Below, piece after piece: positions 48,430-62,912 of a DNA stretch of 64,000 nt (within the stretch, counting starts at the first letter, position 1; each line of letters starts with the position of its first letter). Under the pieces are notes generated by a model. That model did not search any database. It had not been told where the DNA came from and saw only the letters and a program-made list of their open reading frames with translations. Origin of the DNA: Eledone cirrhosa. Lineage: Eukaryota. Location: the NCBI GenBank assembly GCA_964016885.1, contig OZ024741.1:388740001-388804000 (forward strand), given 5' to 3'. The position numbers were made by a program, and so were the translations under genes.

Positions 48430-50130
48430 TACTTGTAAAAGCAGAGCCAATGAACCACTTCAAAACTGCTGGGAGGGAGTGAGACTCTGCTAAGAGTACT
48501 TGAGAACCAGGTCACCCAGCACACACGAGTCAGCCAGAGAATACTTTCTCTATTTAAGGCTTTTAACATCTTGGGCCAGATTTTAACTTCCCTAGCAACC
48601 TTGCCCCATTTGAGCTATTTAACTGCTCTTGTGACCTCAGCCTCCAAGAGATTAGTCATCACTCTCAGATGCATCATGTTTACATCAGAAGATGCTGTTG
48701 TGATTGGGTTTAGGAGATCAGCAAAGTATTCTCTCCACCTCACAACAATGCACCGCTCTGAAAAGAGAAACCCAGACATGTTCCTGGTAGCAGGGGTGGA
48801 GAAGGATGGTCTGCCAGAACACTTTATTTGTTGATCTGAAGTTAGATTCCAGCTTAAATCCGCCCATGTCTTAACTTTGGATGCCTTTAGTGTCTCTGCT
48901 GTGATTCTTCATGCATGCTTGTACCACAAGTACAAGAAAGAGGAGTTATTTCCAAGCCATGTAAGCCTCCTTCCTTGCTCGGATGGCATCTTTGACCTCT
49001 TGATTGAACCAAGGGATCCTCCTGCCATCTTCTTTCACCCACAGCCTTTAACAGCAGAAACTGCTGAGCTGAACAATCTCTACTCTGTCTCTACTGTGGT
49101 ACTTTATGCCTGTTTGTACCATAAATGCAAGCTTTGTTGGCCTCTTTCTTGGATGGCATCTTTGACCTCTTGATTGAACCAAAGGATCATCCTGCCATCT
49201 GGTACCCCACCAAACCTCCTTCACACACAGCATTTAACAGCTGAAGCAGAAACTGCTGAGCTGAACAATCTCTACTCTGTCTCAACATCCTCAGTTTGCT
49301 GAGGGAGTTCCCTGAATTTGGATGCAATAGTATCTGCATACCTGGTCCTGACTTCCTTATCCACCAATGCTCCCCACATTATCTTGTGGGTCACTCTGGA
49401 CATGCCAGATTTGTGGGCTTCTTTAGTTTTAGGTAGTCTCAAGTTGCAGATAACTAGATGGTGATCAGTTGACAGAATCAAAGAGATCAGAGACAACAAC
49501 AAAATCAATTATTGATCTCTGTCCCGGATTCCCTTTATACTATGTATATTTATGGATGTCTCTGTGCTGGAAGGTGGTGTTCATAATAGAGAGTCTATTG
49601 CTAGAAGAGAAGTCTAATAAGGCCTCTCCATTCATATTTAGAATGGAGTTGCTGTTCCTTCCAATCACTCCTTCTATGTCAGGTGGTCAGTGCTAACATG
49701 TACATTGAAGTCTCCCATCAGGATATATGACTACATCTAACACTGTAGTGACTTCATCAAGGAAGGATCTGAATTCGGACTCCTTGTTTGGTGCATAAAC
49801 TTGCATGACTCACAGAGACCTATCTTTCAGCCTAAGCTTCAAGAGGCAAATCCTCTCTTCTGATGGAAACCACTCCATAACACATTCTGAGTCTCCCCAC
49901 TCCAGCCTGTGCAGTCATTTCTGGCACCACACCTGAAGAGTTTTCATCCTCCATCCAAATCTACAGTATGAGAGCCATGGAACTTTGTTGAAGAAAACCC
50001 GACTATATCTAGCCGATAGCATCTAGCCGATAGCATCTAGCCGATAGCATCTAGCCTCCTCCACTAGTTCCTGCTCCTTACAAGTAAGGATTGTAATGTT
50101 CCAAGTTCCAATTCTCAAGGTTGCTCCCTT
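48430..50130 (-). mobile_element. RTE (Expander-like) LINE 5' portion with APE endonuclease, degenerate
   Basis: IGTWNITILT.KEQELVEEA, QVYAPN.ESEF..FLDEV, MGDFN and STDHHLVICNL; internal duplications. Confidence 0.8.
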
Positions 50131-51379
50131 CTGAACCCTCTCTGGGGTCTCGGGATACGCAATCTTTTTGTATCCATCCCATGCCTCCCAAGACAGATTG
50201 CAAACCCATCACTAGTTTTTACAGCATGAATTGAAGACTGCAATATATTTTTTGAACAGGCCTCTCTACCTAAGGCCTGAACATGTCCCTTGTTAACCTT
50301 TGCAAATGATGATGCAGTATAGTTCTTTTTCGTTCCTCTCACCATATTGTTTTGGTGGTATATTCATGCCAGTCACCAATCTGGTACTTTCTCAAACTCA
50401 CGAAGACTATGCATTTTTAGAGGCAGCCTTTACTCACCTCATCATAGCTACATCACCTGGTTATGAGAGTTTGTTTGGGGGGTACAGGTGTCACACATTG
50501 CTCCATCTCCTTGAATAGTTTACCGTTGTTGGTCTGCCCACTTATATTGCAACTAATCATTATATGCTGACTGTATCGCTATCCGCCATCTGTGACACAT
50601 TCGCTAACAGAACAGCTCTTTTTCTTTTCTTTGCCAATTAAGTCTATCACTCAAGTAGGCCATGGTATGATTTGAATCCAGAATGCACCTACCCAGAATA
50701 AACACTTCAAAACATCCTATCAAAATTCTAACAATTCAACCGGTCCCCTGCCCCTGGACTAGTACTTTATTTATTGATGCTGAAAAGATAAAAGACAAAG
50801 TTGACCTTGGTGAGATTTGATCTAATAATGCAAAGAACTAGAAAAATATTGCAAAGCATTTTGTCTGAAATTCTAACACACTTGTCAATTTGCCACCCTG
50901 AGTCAACCCTGTTTGAATAAATTTATGATCAAGGAATTCCACCTATGCTCATTTCATCTTGTAAGGTGTATCCAGGATTATATTTTCCAATAGGTCATTT
51001 CTTGTTTAATATAACTTCTGTGGGTCCTGTAGATGAAGAATCTACATGGTTTTCAAAGATAAATAAAATAGAGTTGGTTCCCATTATGTTTATTCTTGTG
51101 TTACAGATGGACTTCCCTTCAACACTGCAAGCTGATGAAATACTTGATAATTATAATTATAAACAAAAAAGTTTGGAAAGTGGAATAAATTAGTTTACTG
51201 TGATAAAAAAAGAGAGACTGACTTTTCAAGCAAGGCTCTTCATCACCTCTTTGATAAAAGAACTTGCTTAAAACATCAGAATTTTTCCTATTCCACATGG
51301 AAAACTAACTTCTTCCACTTTTTTAATATTTTGTACTTAATATTTGCTGACTTAGACTATCACATGAGCCAAAGAGGTA

Positions 51380-52400
51380 ATCTCTATGAGGTCACTTAGT
51401 TTACTTCATGTACCTTTTCTTTAAATTTTATGTGAGTGGGACAAGCAAAAGCATTATGCTCAGAAGAATTGATCTAAAGGTATCTCGCTTGTTCGAAACA
51501 AGAAAAATGCTTTGAATTGTTCTTGCATATCAAGCTTGGACTTAGAAAAATCTTTGTTAAAGCAATGGATAAAGTGTAATCGGGATTCAAATATTTGAAA
51601 TATAAATTCTCCAGATTAATGATGTTAAGATTAAAGAAGGTCTTTTTCTAGGCTCTCAAATCAGAAAATCATTAAGAAGTGAGTGATTTGAATGAAATAG
51701 TAGTTGACTTTCTTAAACCTTACAAAACAGTAGGATGTACTATGTCATTAAGAGATCATTTCTTGGAGTTTCACTGAAACCTTTTTTTTCTGGAAAACTT
51801 ATATACAGTAAGCGATGAACATTATGAGCATATTAGGATATTTCTACAATTAGGTGGCAAATTGGCAGAGTCGTTAGAATGTCAGATAGAGTACTTTGTG
51901 GTATTCACTTCAACTCTGTTCAATTTGCCTTCCATCCATTCCAGATCAATAAAAAAAATGTACCAGTCAAATACTGGGGCTGATTCTTCCTCTCTGTTTT
52001 TTTCTCACTTCTATTCTTTCACTCTCTATCCTTCACTAGAAGAAATCTATTGTATTCGGACCTGGAGACGAGATGGACTATGTCAGGTTAAAAAATGTCC
52101 CACATGAGTTGCAGGACCATCCATACATTTCTGCAATTGAAAAGTGTTATCAAGGTAACTGAAGCCTCAGTATGTTTGCTGGATTCTTAACAGAGAGATG
52201 TCTCATACAATGTACAGGAGAAAATCAAACTAAGTTACCTTGTAAACTATATGTATAACTTAATGGTCCTTTAAAAATGAAATTGCCTGTCCCACAAAAA
52301 ACAAACAAACAAAAAAACTCAGAGATCATAGAAATGTTACAAACTTATTTGATTTCAGTACAAAACACAACTATAAGTATCAGGTATTTTCATTCCTGTG
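51380..52400 (+). mobile_element. Chapaev-like (CMC) DNA transposase relic, interrupted by a SINE at about 51855-51985
   Basis: LCEWD..HY.QKN, FVKAMDK, KIKEGLFLG.QIRK and GCTMSLR.HFL..H...ENL..VSDEH resemble the recalled motif MGCNMSLKIHFLHSHLDFFPENLGAVSDEHGE. The family label is from memory. Confidence 0.65.
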
Positions 52401-53404
52401 ATGCAAATTTATTTTTTCCCTTTTCATTCTCCTGTCTTATTGATTGTAAGTAAACTTCTAGTAAAAGAGAGTGTAAAGTTAGGGACAAAGTTTAAGGTAG
52501 ATAATTCTTTCAAGCAAGTTTTTTTTTTTTAATGAACTAAATAATATAATTCTTTAAAAAAGTGTTTTGAAATAAACATGATTTATAGTAATATTTTCTT
52601 TCCTTTGTAACTTGAATATTTCACCTCACTAATAAAAAAAAATCACATTAAGTAATTCAAATCGATTAAAAAATCATAGAATAGTAAGAGTTTAAGAACT
52701 ATCAGATAAATTTCCCTTTGAGGTATAACATTTTAAATTTTCCCTGATTTTCTCTGAAATTGAAATGTCCAGATCAAATGCTATAAATTCTCCTTTTTTT
52801 ATTGGAAAATTGAAAAAATATTTATAAGTAAAAAGAGGAAAATTAATCCAAAGAATCAGAAGACTTGGAATAACTAATTTTCAAGACAACTGTACTAGTG
52901 TCTAAATAATTTGCAAATCAGAATACTGTTTAAGAACTGCTGGCAGAAAACCAATTTGGCTTTCTCAGAAACAGGTCAACAAAAGACATGATTTTTATTA
53001 CATATCAACACTGAATAAAAAAGAATATCTTTGCATTTAGTTACTTTGAGAAATCAATGATTGAATTGATTATCAGCCTATATATTTTATATCAGAATAA
53101 AACCACTAAAAATATGTTTATTAATCATCCATATGTATTGTAGCTGTCATAATATGGTCAATTTCAACTTCACAGCAGCTGCTACCAAAGAGAATTGCAG
53201 GTATATCTTGTGAACAGAATGTGAATTTTCCCAATATTACTAAACATTAATGTATATTATCAATATTTATGTCTCGTCAAATCTGTGGCAACAATAATGG
53301 AATATTCAATAAATGTTGATTTTTTTTATTTATTTGGCTGATGAAACCTACCCATGTGGCTTATCAAAAGAAGAAAAGAAAAAAAACAATACATGAATAC
53401 ACAA

Positions 53405-53512
<108 letters not shown>

Positions 53513-53999
53513 ACGCGTGCTCACACACGTGTGTATATATCTTCACCATCATTACTTTACATCCATTGAAGTTACCAGCCAAGATAGTGATGTCACTTTC
53601 ATTTGTTATTGAGGTGTTCTGCAAGAATACTTCATTAGAAATATGGTATATAAGAGGAGATAACAGTTACCTTAATTTTTACCTATGATTAATCTAAGTT
53701 TAATCCTTCTCTTGTTTACCTTGACTAATATAATTACATTATTTGTCCATTTCCCTGTCAATAGTGTGCCCACTCCACCTACCCTTTTATTCTCTCCCAT
53801 TCAGAAGAATTTATATCTATGTTTCTGCTTTTTGCCTGAGAGGAGTCTGGCTGATGCTCTCCACCACCCAATATCTTTTTTGTCTTTTTTTAAAAGATAT
53901 TGAACACTTTTTTTCTTCAAATATATATATATATTGAATAAGGTTATAATTACATAAAAATAATTGAGCAGTATCTAATAAAAACAGAACACACTATTA

Positions 54000-54430
54000 A
54001 AGGGAACAAAAAAGAAAGAAAAAAAGAAAATGAAAAGAAGAAAAAGAAAAAGATTCAATCAACGAAAGAAAGGGAGAGGGGGAGGGACAGATACTACACC
54101 CTGGTCTGAGTGGCACCTCACCTGTTCCCTGCAGACAAAATAGCAAAGGTGTTACTGTGGAGAATAGCCAGAGACACTTGGTGCAAAAACCACCCAACTC
54201 ACAGAGCTTCCTCCTTACGAAGGCTGCTGTCTTTTCAACTTTATGGAGATCAGCAGTGTGAGGACCAAGGACATCAGAGGTCTTGATGGAGACCAGTACA
54301 AAGAGGGAGAGGTTGGTCACACCCCAGTATTCAACTATCTTCCTGTCCTCTGCATTGCAGGCAGCGGAGCCTGGATTTGTGGCCAAAGCGACAAGAGATG
54401 GATAACGAGTTGCTGCACACACAGCACACA
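54000..54430 (-). mobile_element. CRE-clade (RLE) non-LTR retrotransposon 3' fragment
   Basis: PGSAACNAEDRKIVEY..LFVLVSIKTSDVLGP and, in another frame, WFLHQVSLAILHSNTFAIL resemble the CRE-type RLE C-terminus. Confidence 0.65.
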
Positions 54431-55587
54431 TTTACTTTCCTCCACTCTCTATAATCTCACTAACATTACATGATGCCAACATTAATGGTGGCAGCTTTGA
54501 ATATTTTTAATAACTAGTTATGTAGTTCTACCTAGCCATCTTACTACTGTGTATAGCACTAATATTGCAAGTGTTAGTCTTGTTTACACAGTTAGGTTTG
54601 TTCATTGTTATTTTTTCTTTCATAATTTAGCATGGTTTACTGGTTGGATGCCCTTCCTATCATTAACCCCCTAACAGTTGAGACTGAGTGTATTTATTCT
54701 GTCACCAGCAATTAAGAGGTTGTTTGTCAGGACTGAAGTATTCCCTCTACATTGTGTTAATTTCTTTTTGTGTTACAGATTGCCTTCACTACAGCCTTCT
54801 GGAAACCACATACCCTTCATGCAAGTTTATTTAGAGTTACTGTTCTCCTAGTCAGGTTGCCTTCATAGTGGTTTGTGAAGTTCACATCTTCTCCATGTTG
54901 ATTAGTTTACAATGTTTAAAATTATAGTTCTTGAAAACTTTATTGTAGAGAAAAGAGAAGAGAATTAAGTGTAGGAAAGAGAAAAAATTGGGAGACAGTT
55001 GAGAGAGGAAAAATAGGTAGAGGCAATTGATTAAATTATTTAGCATTTTTTACTTAATCTTAATATTTAGAATTTACTATTAGTTCCTGGATATACACAC
55101 ACACCCAAATTATATTTCTACATTTCCAAATGAAAAAAACATTTTAGACTTTTGTTGAGTTCAGCTTGAAAAAAAAAGTTTTGAATTTGGATACCCTCAA
55201 AATTTTACAAAAAGAATCTGATTACACATTTTTTTCAAATACTCATTGTTCCCACACTAACAGTCACTTTTTCTTTTCTAATTTAAATTGAAAACCTTTG
55301 TTAATATCAAGTCAAAAGATGAACCATTACATGGTCACTCAACCTGCTAAAAATAGCTGCCAAATGTTCTTACTGACTTAAACAAAAGATGCACATGTTG
55401 GATAATGTGGTTCTAGATATACTATAAAAGACATGATAGTCATGGTTGAAATCACAGGTCAGCTTCATTAGAGCTGACCTGTGCTAATTCACCTCAAACC
55501 CTGCTAATAAGGGAGCTTCTGTGCAGTAAGTTAATCTGCCAAATCTCCTCCAGCAAACTTCAATATCATATGTTTTAACTTATATAT

Positions 55588-56075
55588 CATCATCATCATT
55601 TAACGTCCATTTTCCTCACTTGCATGGGTTAGACGAGTTGTCACATTTGAGACAACTCAAGTCAGGAAACCTTGTCTTGCTCATATGGAGCTGTATTTTA
55701 GCTTGGTTTCTACGGCTGGATACCCTAATTAACACCAACTATGTTAGTGTGGACTGGATGCTTTTTATTATGGCACCAAAACGACCATCTAACATGGTGA
55801 ACTGGGTGTCTTTTGTCGTGTCACCAGCATGACCATCTTACAAGGTAGACTGGGCGCTTTTTTTGTTATGTCACCAACACGACCACCTTACAGGGTAGAC
55901 TTGGCTCTTTTTGTGATGTCACCAGATGACCACCATTACAGGGTTGACTGGGAGTCCCCTGTCATGTCACCAACACAACCTCTAAACAGGGTGGACTGGA
56001 GTCTCCTGTCATGTCACCAACACAACCTCTAAACAGGGTGGACTGGAGTCTCCTGTCATGTCACCAACACTACCA
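55588..56075 (-). repeat. RTE-tail derivative with about seven tandem ~42-44-bp units
   Basis: Reverse-orientation homologue of 12840-13240; the last two 42-bp units are identical. Confidence 0.75.
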
Positions 56076-56204
56076 TTTGTATGTTAAGATATCCCTCAAT
56101 AAGGATGGGACAGTCACATCTAGGAGTGTTGTTTGTTCCAATGGTATGTTCAAACATAACCAGCTGAAGTTACTCATCAACAACAACAGCAACAACAATA
56201 ATAA

Positions 56205-56405
56205 TGGTTTCTAAATTAGGCACAAGGCCAGTCATTTTGAGGAGAGGAAAGTCGTTTATGACTTCAGTATTTGACTGTTACTTTATTTTACGGACCCTAG
56301 ATAGATGAAATGCAAAGTTGACCTCAACAGGATTTTAACTCCAAATGTACAGAACCCCACCAAATACTTCAAAGTATTTCTAATGATTCTGTCAATCCAC
56401 CACCC
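56205..56405 (-). mobile_element. Degenerate family-A SINE
   Basis: GTTTCTAAATTAGGCACAAGGCCAG ... GATGAAATGCAAAGTTGACCTC. Confidence 0.7.
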
Positions 56406-57534
56406 TGTTAAAATTAGGCAGTTTGCTGAATATGTGTGTTGAAATTATGTGAAACCAAAGGAAATAGGAACATATCACAGTGGGAGAAAAAATTCATAGC
56501 TTATAGTATACGTCATTGTGAAAATATTACTGATATAGAGGTATCAGTGTAATCCTGCATCAGATTATTTAAAAACAACATAAATTCTCACAGAACTCTG
56601 CCTAGCTTTCAAGGAAATAAGACCCACCTCAAAATTGATAATTCTTTGTAGCAATTGTTCAAGTTTTGGAGATCAATGATTATGTAGCAATGCTTCATGA
56701 GAGAATACCTTTCCAGCTTTAAACGACCAAAACCTTTCCTATCGGAACAGTAAAAAAAGACATCTTTTTAATTCTTGTATTGTGTATAATTTGTTATTTT
56801 ATACGTTGATTTTGTCATTATTATATAAAGTGCCATTGATTATTGCAATAATGTAGGTGTATATATAGAATAACAACAACAATATAAATGTGAACTGATA
56901 TATTTTATATCTACACTGCAATCTTATTTCTAGAAAGAAGATATTTATAAGGTAGAAGTATCCTTTATCTAGCACATAAGCAACAAACTCTCATTGATCC
57001 CTAACTTTTGTAGTCTATGACAGACAAATATTAACTAACATTAGTGAATAGTCTTTGCACACTTCAGAAATATCTAATGGCTATATCAATGATACCTGAA
57101 GAATTTGTTTTCTTTGAGTTCCGTCAAAATCAGAAAAATAGATATTCAGAATACTAAATGTTATGCTATGTATATAAACAAAAATTATTCTTTGTAAAGA
57201 AAAAAAGTTGTTGATCTAAAGGCTTGCATTTTAAATGAAAATGTTTGATATTTGTAAGCATATGAAATAAGCTCCCCCGCTTCCACCACCACCACCACGA
57301 TAAAGAAAGAATTGCACCATCCTCTTTCTTATTTGAATACCATCTAATCATTCATGTTACAAATATCACAAGTGACCTTTCCTTATCCACATAAATCTGC
57401 AATAGGCTAGAAGAAAAAAAAAAAGGTTTAAATCTTGAGCAGCTTCTAACTTCAAACAACAATGAAATACTGCTCAAATCTAAATAGAATGGTGCATGTC
57501 TTGTTATCATTAATATTATTTATTCTATTCTAAA

Positions 57535-57707
57535 AGGCGGTGAATTGGCAGTATCACCATGCTTTCTAGCATAGTTACGTCCCTTTATGGTCTGAGTTCA
57601 AATCCCGCCGAGGTTAACTTTGACTTTCATCCTTACAGGGTCGATAAAATAAAGTACCAGTAATGTACTGGGTATTTGCTGGCCTTGTGCCAAAAGTAGA
57701 AACAATT
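57535..57707 (+). mobile_element. Family-A SINE with TSD
   Basis: A and B boxes; flanked by a duplicated ATTATTTATTCTATT. Confidence 0.9.
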
Positions 57708-58984
57708 TATATTATTTATTCTATTTAAAAAATAAAAAAAACCCAGTTTCAACTAATTGGCTAGTGTTAAATTCTAATATTTCAAGTTACATTTTGTTTT
57801 TCTCAGCTTTCTTGGTTATTGTCGTTTACTTCATATTCATGTAAGAGTCAGCTCTGAATTCATTATCCAAAAATATCAGAAATATAATATAATCTTAAAA
57901 ATGATAAAAACTGTCTTTTTCAGAAGGGACTAACTATTTTTCCAAAGGGAAGATATATTGCTAAGGCAACAATAAAAGAGTGTAGGTGAAAATCCTTTGT
58001 TTTCATTTTGAAAACAATGCTATTTTTATCAGAATATATATAACAAGGTGTTTGGCTTATTCAAGCAGAACAAAAAAAAAAAGGAAATATGTTAACAATA
58101 ATCAACAGTGAACAGAAAATAACCAGAATTGAGATTGTAATTGCGAATATCTTTGGTGATGATCATTTCCAAAGCAAGCTATAAATACAGTGTGCGGGAG
58201 TTTTTTCCAAGCATATGTTGAAGAGTTATTATGGAAAAGCTCTTATGTGTTGAACAATGAATGAACAAGTAGTTGTTTCTTCAGCAAATAAGATTATAGA
58301 AATTAGTTTACTGCATTCACATTGATACTTGGTTTCCTTTGGACTGAACAGAAATTCATTTATTGAATGGATTCATGGATCATATAACAACGTTATAGTC
58401 TCTTATTGAAGTGGTGTTTATTTAACTAATGTAAGATGGTTAAGACAGATATTTGGGTTAAAGACAAAAGGCCCTTTAGTTTTACTTAATGAGGTCTTAA
58501 AACAAATGTTGGAAATAATTCTAAAATCTAAAGTCTGTCTTGAGCCTGGAGGCTTATCAGGCTGGTGCTTATCTTAGTTTACGTGGCGTGGAGCGAATGA
58601 GAGCACAAGATTCCCTACTGTCACAAGATTCCCTACCAGTCCATTGCAAGGTTAAACCCCTAGCTATTGCTGGTATTCATTTGCAGCTGAGTATACTGGG
58701 GCAATGTGAAATGAAGTGCTTTGCTTAAGAACACAACTCACAACCCAGTACAGGAATCAAACTCACAACATTAGGATCATAAGTCCAACACCCTTACCAC
58801 TAGATAATTAACAGACACAAATTCTTGTGGATAAATAAGGATGATAATAATAATATTAATTTTTATATAGCCATAACAGCAGATATTTTTGAAGGAACAG
58901 ACCCCAGAATTTTGACTGGTACTTATTTTATCAACTCTTGAAGGATAAAAGGCAAAGTTGGCATCAGTAATTTAACCGATACTT

Positions 58985-61900
58985 GAATGTGGCAAATGTG
59001 TTTCTGTTTGCCTTCAATGTGCCACAAACTTTCAAAAGATCCCAGATCAGAAAAAGAGACACCATATTTCTATGATGGATGGGATCTGGGAAATGGTCCA
59101 GCCACTAAATTGGTCCTTTCAGTGCCTGGCCTGTGTGTCTGCCTCTACCATTGCTGTTGAACAACAACAACAAAATACAGAGTTTGCGCAAATATGGCAA
59201 ATGATTTCTGCTTTAAGCCAAGAAATAGTAGGAATCAAATCAAGTGTTCATGTAGGACCTCACAATTAGGGATCTTGTTAAAAAATCTCCCCGTAGCTCT
59301 TGCCAAATCTAGATGCATTGAGAAAGCCACTGAATCTGTAAACTACAAAGTGATTGCCATTGGTGTATCAGAAGACATAGTTGATCTTCAGACATTTGCT
59401 ACCAGCTCATCCAAAGACCTAGGCTGTGCTCGCCTGAAGGCTGCTCTCTGCCTTGGCCGATCAGGTCTGAAACCCAGGTTAATTAGGCTGTCATTTTCGA
59501 ACTCTACTGAGGCATGTTCATATATTTTAGCCTCTGATAAAGCTAGGCGTGAAAATCGGATTGCCTTCCGAACATGCCCTGGTCTTCCATCTGATGTATG
59601 CCCAAAGCTACGTGCTGCAGCTTCCTTAAACTGCAACTCAGCACAACATGAAAGCTTCATCCTATGTGATGATGGGCAGATATGGAAGTTTATTAAGGCT
59701 GGTGAAACATGGAAAAGAGATACCAGCTGGTCTGAAAACACTGTACCCACAACAACTGGCAATAAAAAACTGAAAAATCAGAAACTAAATCAGAATAACC
59801 TGCCATCCCTTGCACATCATCATAGACTGAAATCAAGATACAAATTGTTGTCCTTAAATGCATGTAGTCTATGCAACAAGATACATCTTTTTGATTCCTA
59901 CGTCAAAAGTATCGACCCTGACTTCATTACAGTTACGGAAACATGGGCACATTCCTTACTCTGTGATGGGGTTTTCAGCATAGCTGGCTACAACTTGTTT
60001 CGTAAGGACCGCATTAATCATCGTGGTGGTGGTGTAATGGTCTGCGTTCATTCAAACTTTTCAGCAATTCCTTGCGTTGATTTGAACCAATCGCAGCAAG
60101 AAGTATTTTTTGGCGATATACGTATGACCACTTGGAGTTGTTTACACCCCGCCTCCCCAATTACAATCAGGACACTCAACTTTGCGATATCATCAGAGCT
60201 GCTGCCAGGAAAACAGCCACTTATGCTTTTATTGCAGGGAACTTCAATCACCCTGAGATTGACTGGGAAACCTTTCATTATCTGCAAAGTGCAAATGATT
60301 TAATTGAGCTAGTGCTGGACTCGAACTGGTCCCAAGCAGTCACCTCCCCAACAAGATGTGACAACACTTTGGATCTACTCTTCACTACTACTCCTGAAAC
60401 GGTTATTAGTGTTACTACTGAGGAACCTTTAGGTGACTCTGATCATGCTATGATCATTGCCAATCTATCCCTCATGGGCAATAACAAAAACTACAACCAT
60501 CTCCAAACTGCTAACTTTGACTGGAATAAAGCACTGTTACTACACTCAGCTGCAACGTCTAAACTGGCTTGAATTTGTACTCCAGAACATCCTGAATTCA
60601 ATATGGTGCCACATAAGCAGAAAAAACATCCCAAAAGTGGAATTTGGGAGACTGCAGCAGTCCGACTTGCCAGAAAAGAACGTCATAATGTTGAACATGA
60701 GTACAAGTTGCATAAATCAAACATCAATAGGAAAAAGCGAAATAAATCATCAAACCATCTTAAGCAGGTGACAAAAAAAGGCAGTGCTTGAATTTGAACA
60801 CTGCATAGCAACCAACCCTGACAGTAAGGTGTTCTGGAAATATGTACACTCAAAGTAGTGGCCCTGACGACTCTAAGGAATGTGCAGAACTCATTGCTGA
60901 ATGCTATGCAGGCATTTTCACTGTTGAAGACCAAAATGTACCATCTCCACCACCTCTGACATCAAATTCTATAACAACTATGGAATTTACACCTGCAATG
61001 CTGAATAAAGAATAAACACAATCATGCCTCTCTTGGTCTTGATGGTGTTACGTACCTGCTTCTCAAAAGTGGTGGATACTTCCTTCTGCACCAGCTTTCA
61101 CTCTTCTTTCAATTCTGTCTGAACAACGGTGCTACTCCAGAGCAGTGGAAAACTGCCGGTGTCATTCCTATGTTCAAAAAGGGTGACCGCACGTCACCTG
61201 TCAACTATCGTCCAGTCAGTTTTACTAGCTGCATTGCCAAACTAATGGAATCCTGTGTCAAAGAAACACTTTGGAACTTCTGGAATTCTCACAGTCTTAT
61301 CCGGCCCTCGCAATTTGGATTTATCCCTAACTCTAGCTACTGTGATCAACTTATCGAGTTTCTTGAAGACATCACCCGGATCACTGATGGCGGCTCATGG
61401 GTGGATGTTGTTATCGTTGACTTTGCTAAAGCTTTCAATTCTGTGCCACACAAAAGACTTATGGCAAAACTCTCTGCAATGGGTGTGAAGGATAATCTTT
61501 TTAACTGGTTGAAGTCCTTCATTCTCAGTCAAAGAGAGGTAGTCATTGTTCTAGGACAGTATTCCTCACCGTATGAGATGTCATCTGTGTACCACAGGGA
61601 TCTGTTTTTGGTCCCCTTTTGTTTGTGGCATATATTAATGACATAGATGCCAACTTAAAGAATGATACAGTAATGAAATATGCAGATGACATCAAGCTGT
61701 AACTTGAGATAAAAAGGACAGATCCTGAACACTATAGATCTTTCCTACAATCAGACCTGGACACAATGCAGCAATGGATCACGGATGGCAACTCAAGTGG
61801 GCTGTGTACAAGTGTACCACCATGCATTTTGGGAGTAAAAATCCAGCGTCCACATACTCCCTCCACAACACTAATATCAAGAAGTCTTCTTGTGAACATG

Positions 61901-62636
61901 ATCCGGGCATTACCGTCAGCAGTGATTTGCATTGAATGAAGTACGTCTCTAAAATTGTCAAGAAGGCCGAGGGTGTCTTAAAATCACTCAGTAAAACCTT
62001 TGTCAGCTGCTCTCCAGCTATCTATTTAAAGCTGTACATGGCTATGGTGCGGCCACACTTAGAATTTGCATCACCAGTCTGGAACCGCTATCTTACTCAG
62101 AACTTTGACCGCCTGGAAACTGTTCAGAGACGTGCAACCAAGCAAATACCCTCCATCAGGCATCTACCATACTCTGAATGCCTTGCTTCCCTCGGCATGG
62201 ATTCATTGAAGCTCCGACACCTGGTAACTGACTTGGTAAACACCCACAAAATTATTAACCACCTTTCCGACAACAACCCTGAGTACCTTTTTGATTTCCA
62301 TGTGTCTAACACACGTGGGCATGCCCACAAAGTCAGAAAACAGTACAGCTCCCATGACTTTCGTAAACATTTTTTCACGCTCAGAGTTGCTGAAGCATGG
62401 AACAAACTACCTGCATCAGTTATTAGCAGCCGAGACACTGCATCCTTTAAAACCTCCATGCTTCCTGAAATTCGCCAACACTATCCCTGATATCCTCCCT
62501 CTATACATGTGCACACATGTATTTCATACACTGTTCATTTTCCTGACATTTGAACATTATTCTATGTACTATACATGCACCTTTGATGAGTTGTAGTGCA
62601 CCTGAGCACTGTACACAACAATTTCATTATTATTAT
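58985..62636 (+). mobile_element. Near full-length CR1-clade LINE (ORF1 remnant, APE, RT), pseudogenised
   Basis: LNACSL.NK, ITVTETW, GNFNHP, LGDSDH, NYRPVS, VDFAKAFNSVPH, YADDIK, VRPHLEFASPVW, TRGH..K and FFTLRV.EAWNKLP; (ATT)n tail. Confidence 0.92.
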
Positions 62637-62731
62637 GATTGCTCTGATCGTTCCATGAAAACATGGAAATATGGTTCAGTTTTTGGTTAGTGTATTACTG
62701 GTACTTATTTAACAATGTACATTATATATTC

Positions 62732-62912
62732 GTTGGCAGCATCGGTAGAGCGTCAGACACCATGCTTTACAGCATAGAGTTATGTCCCTTTACGTTCTGA
62801 GTTAAAATCCCGCCAAGGTTAACTTTTCCTTTCATCCTTACGGGGGTCGATAAAATAAAGTACCAGTAATGCACTAGGATAATTGCTGGCCTTGTGCCAA
62901 AAGTAGAAACAA
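62732..62912 (+). mobile_element. Family-A SINE with TSD
   Basis: Homologue of 23368-23553; flanked by a duplicated ATTATATATTC. Confidence 0.9.
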
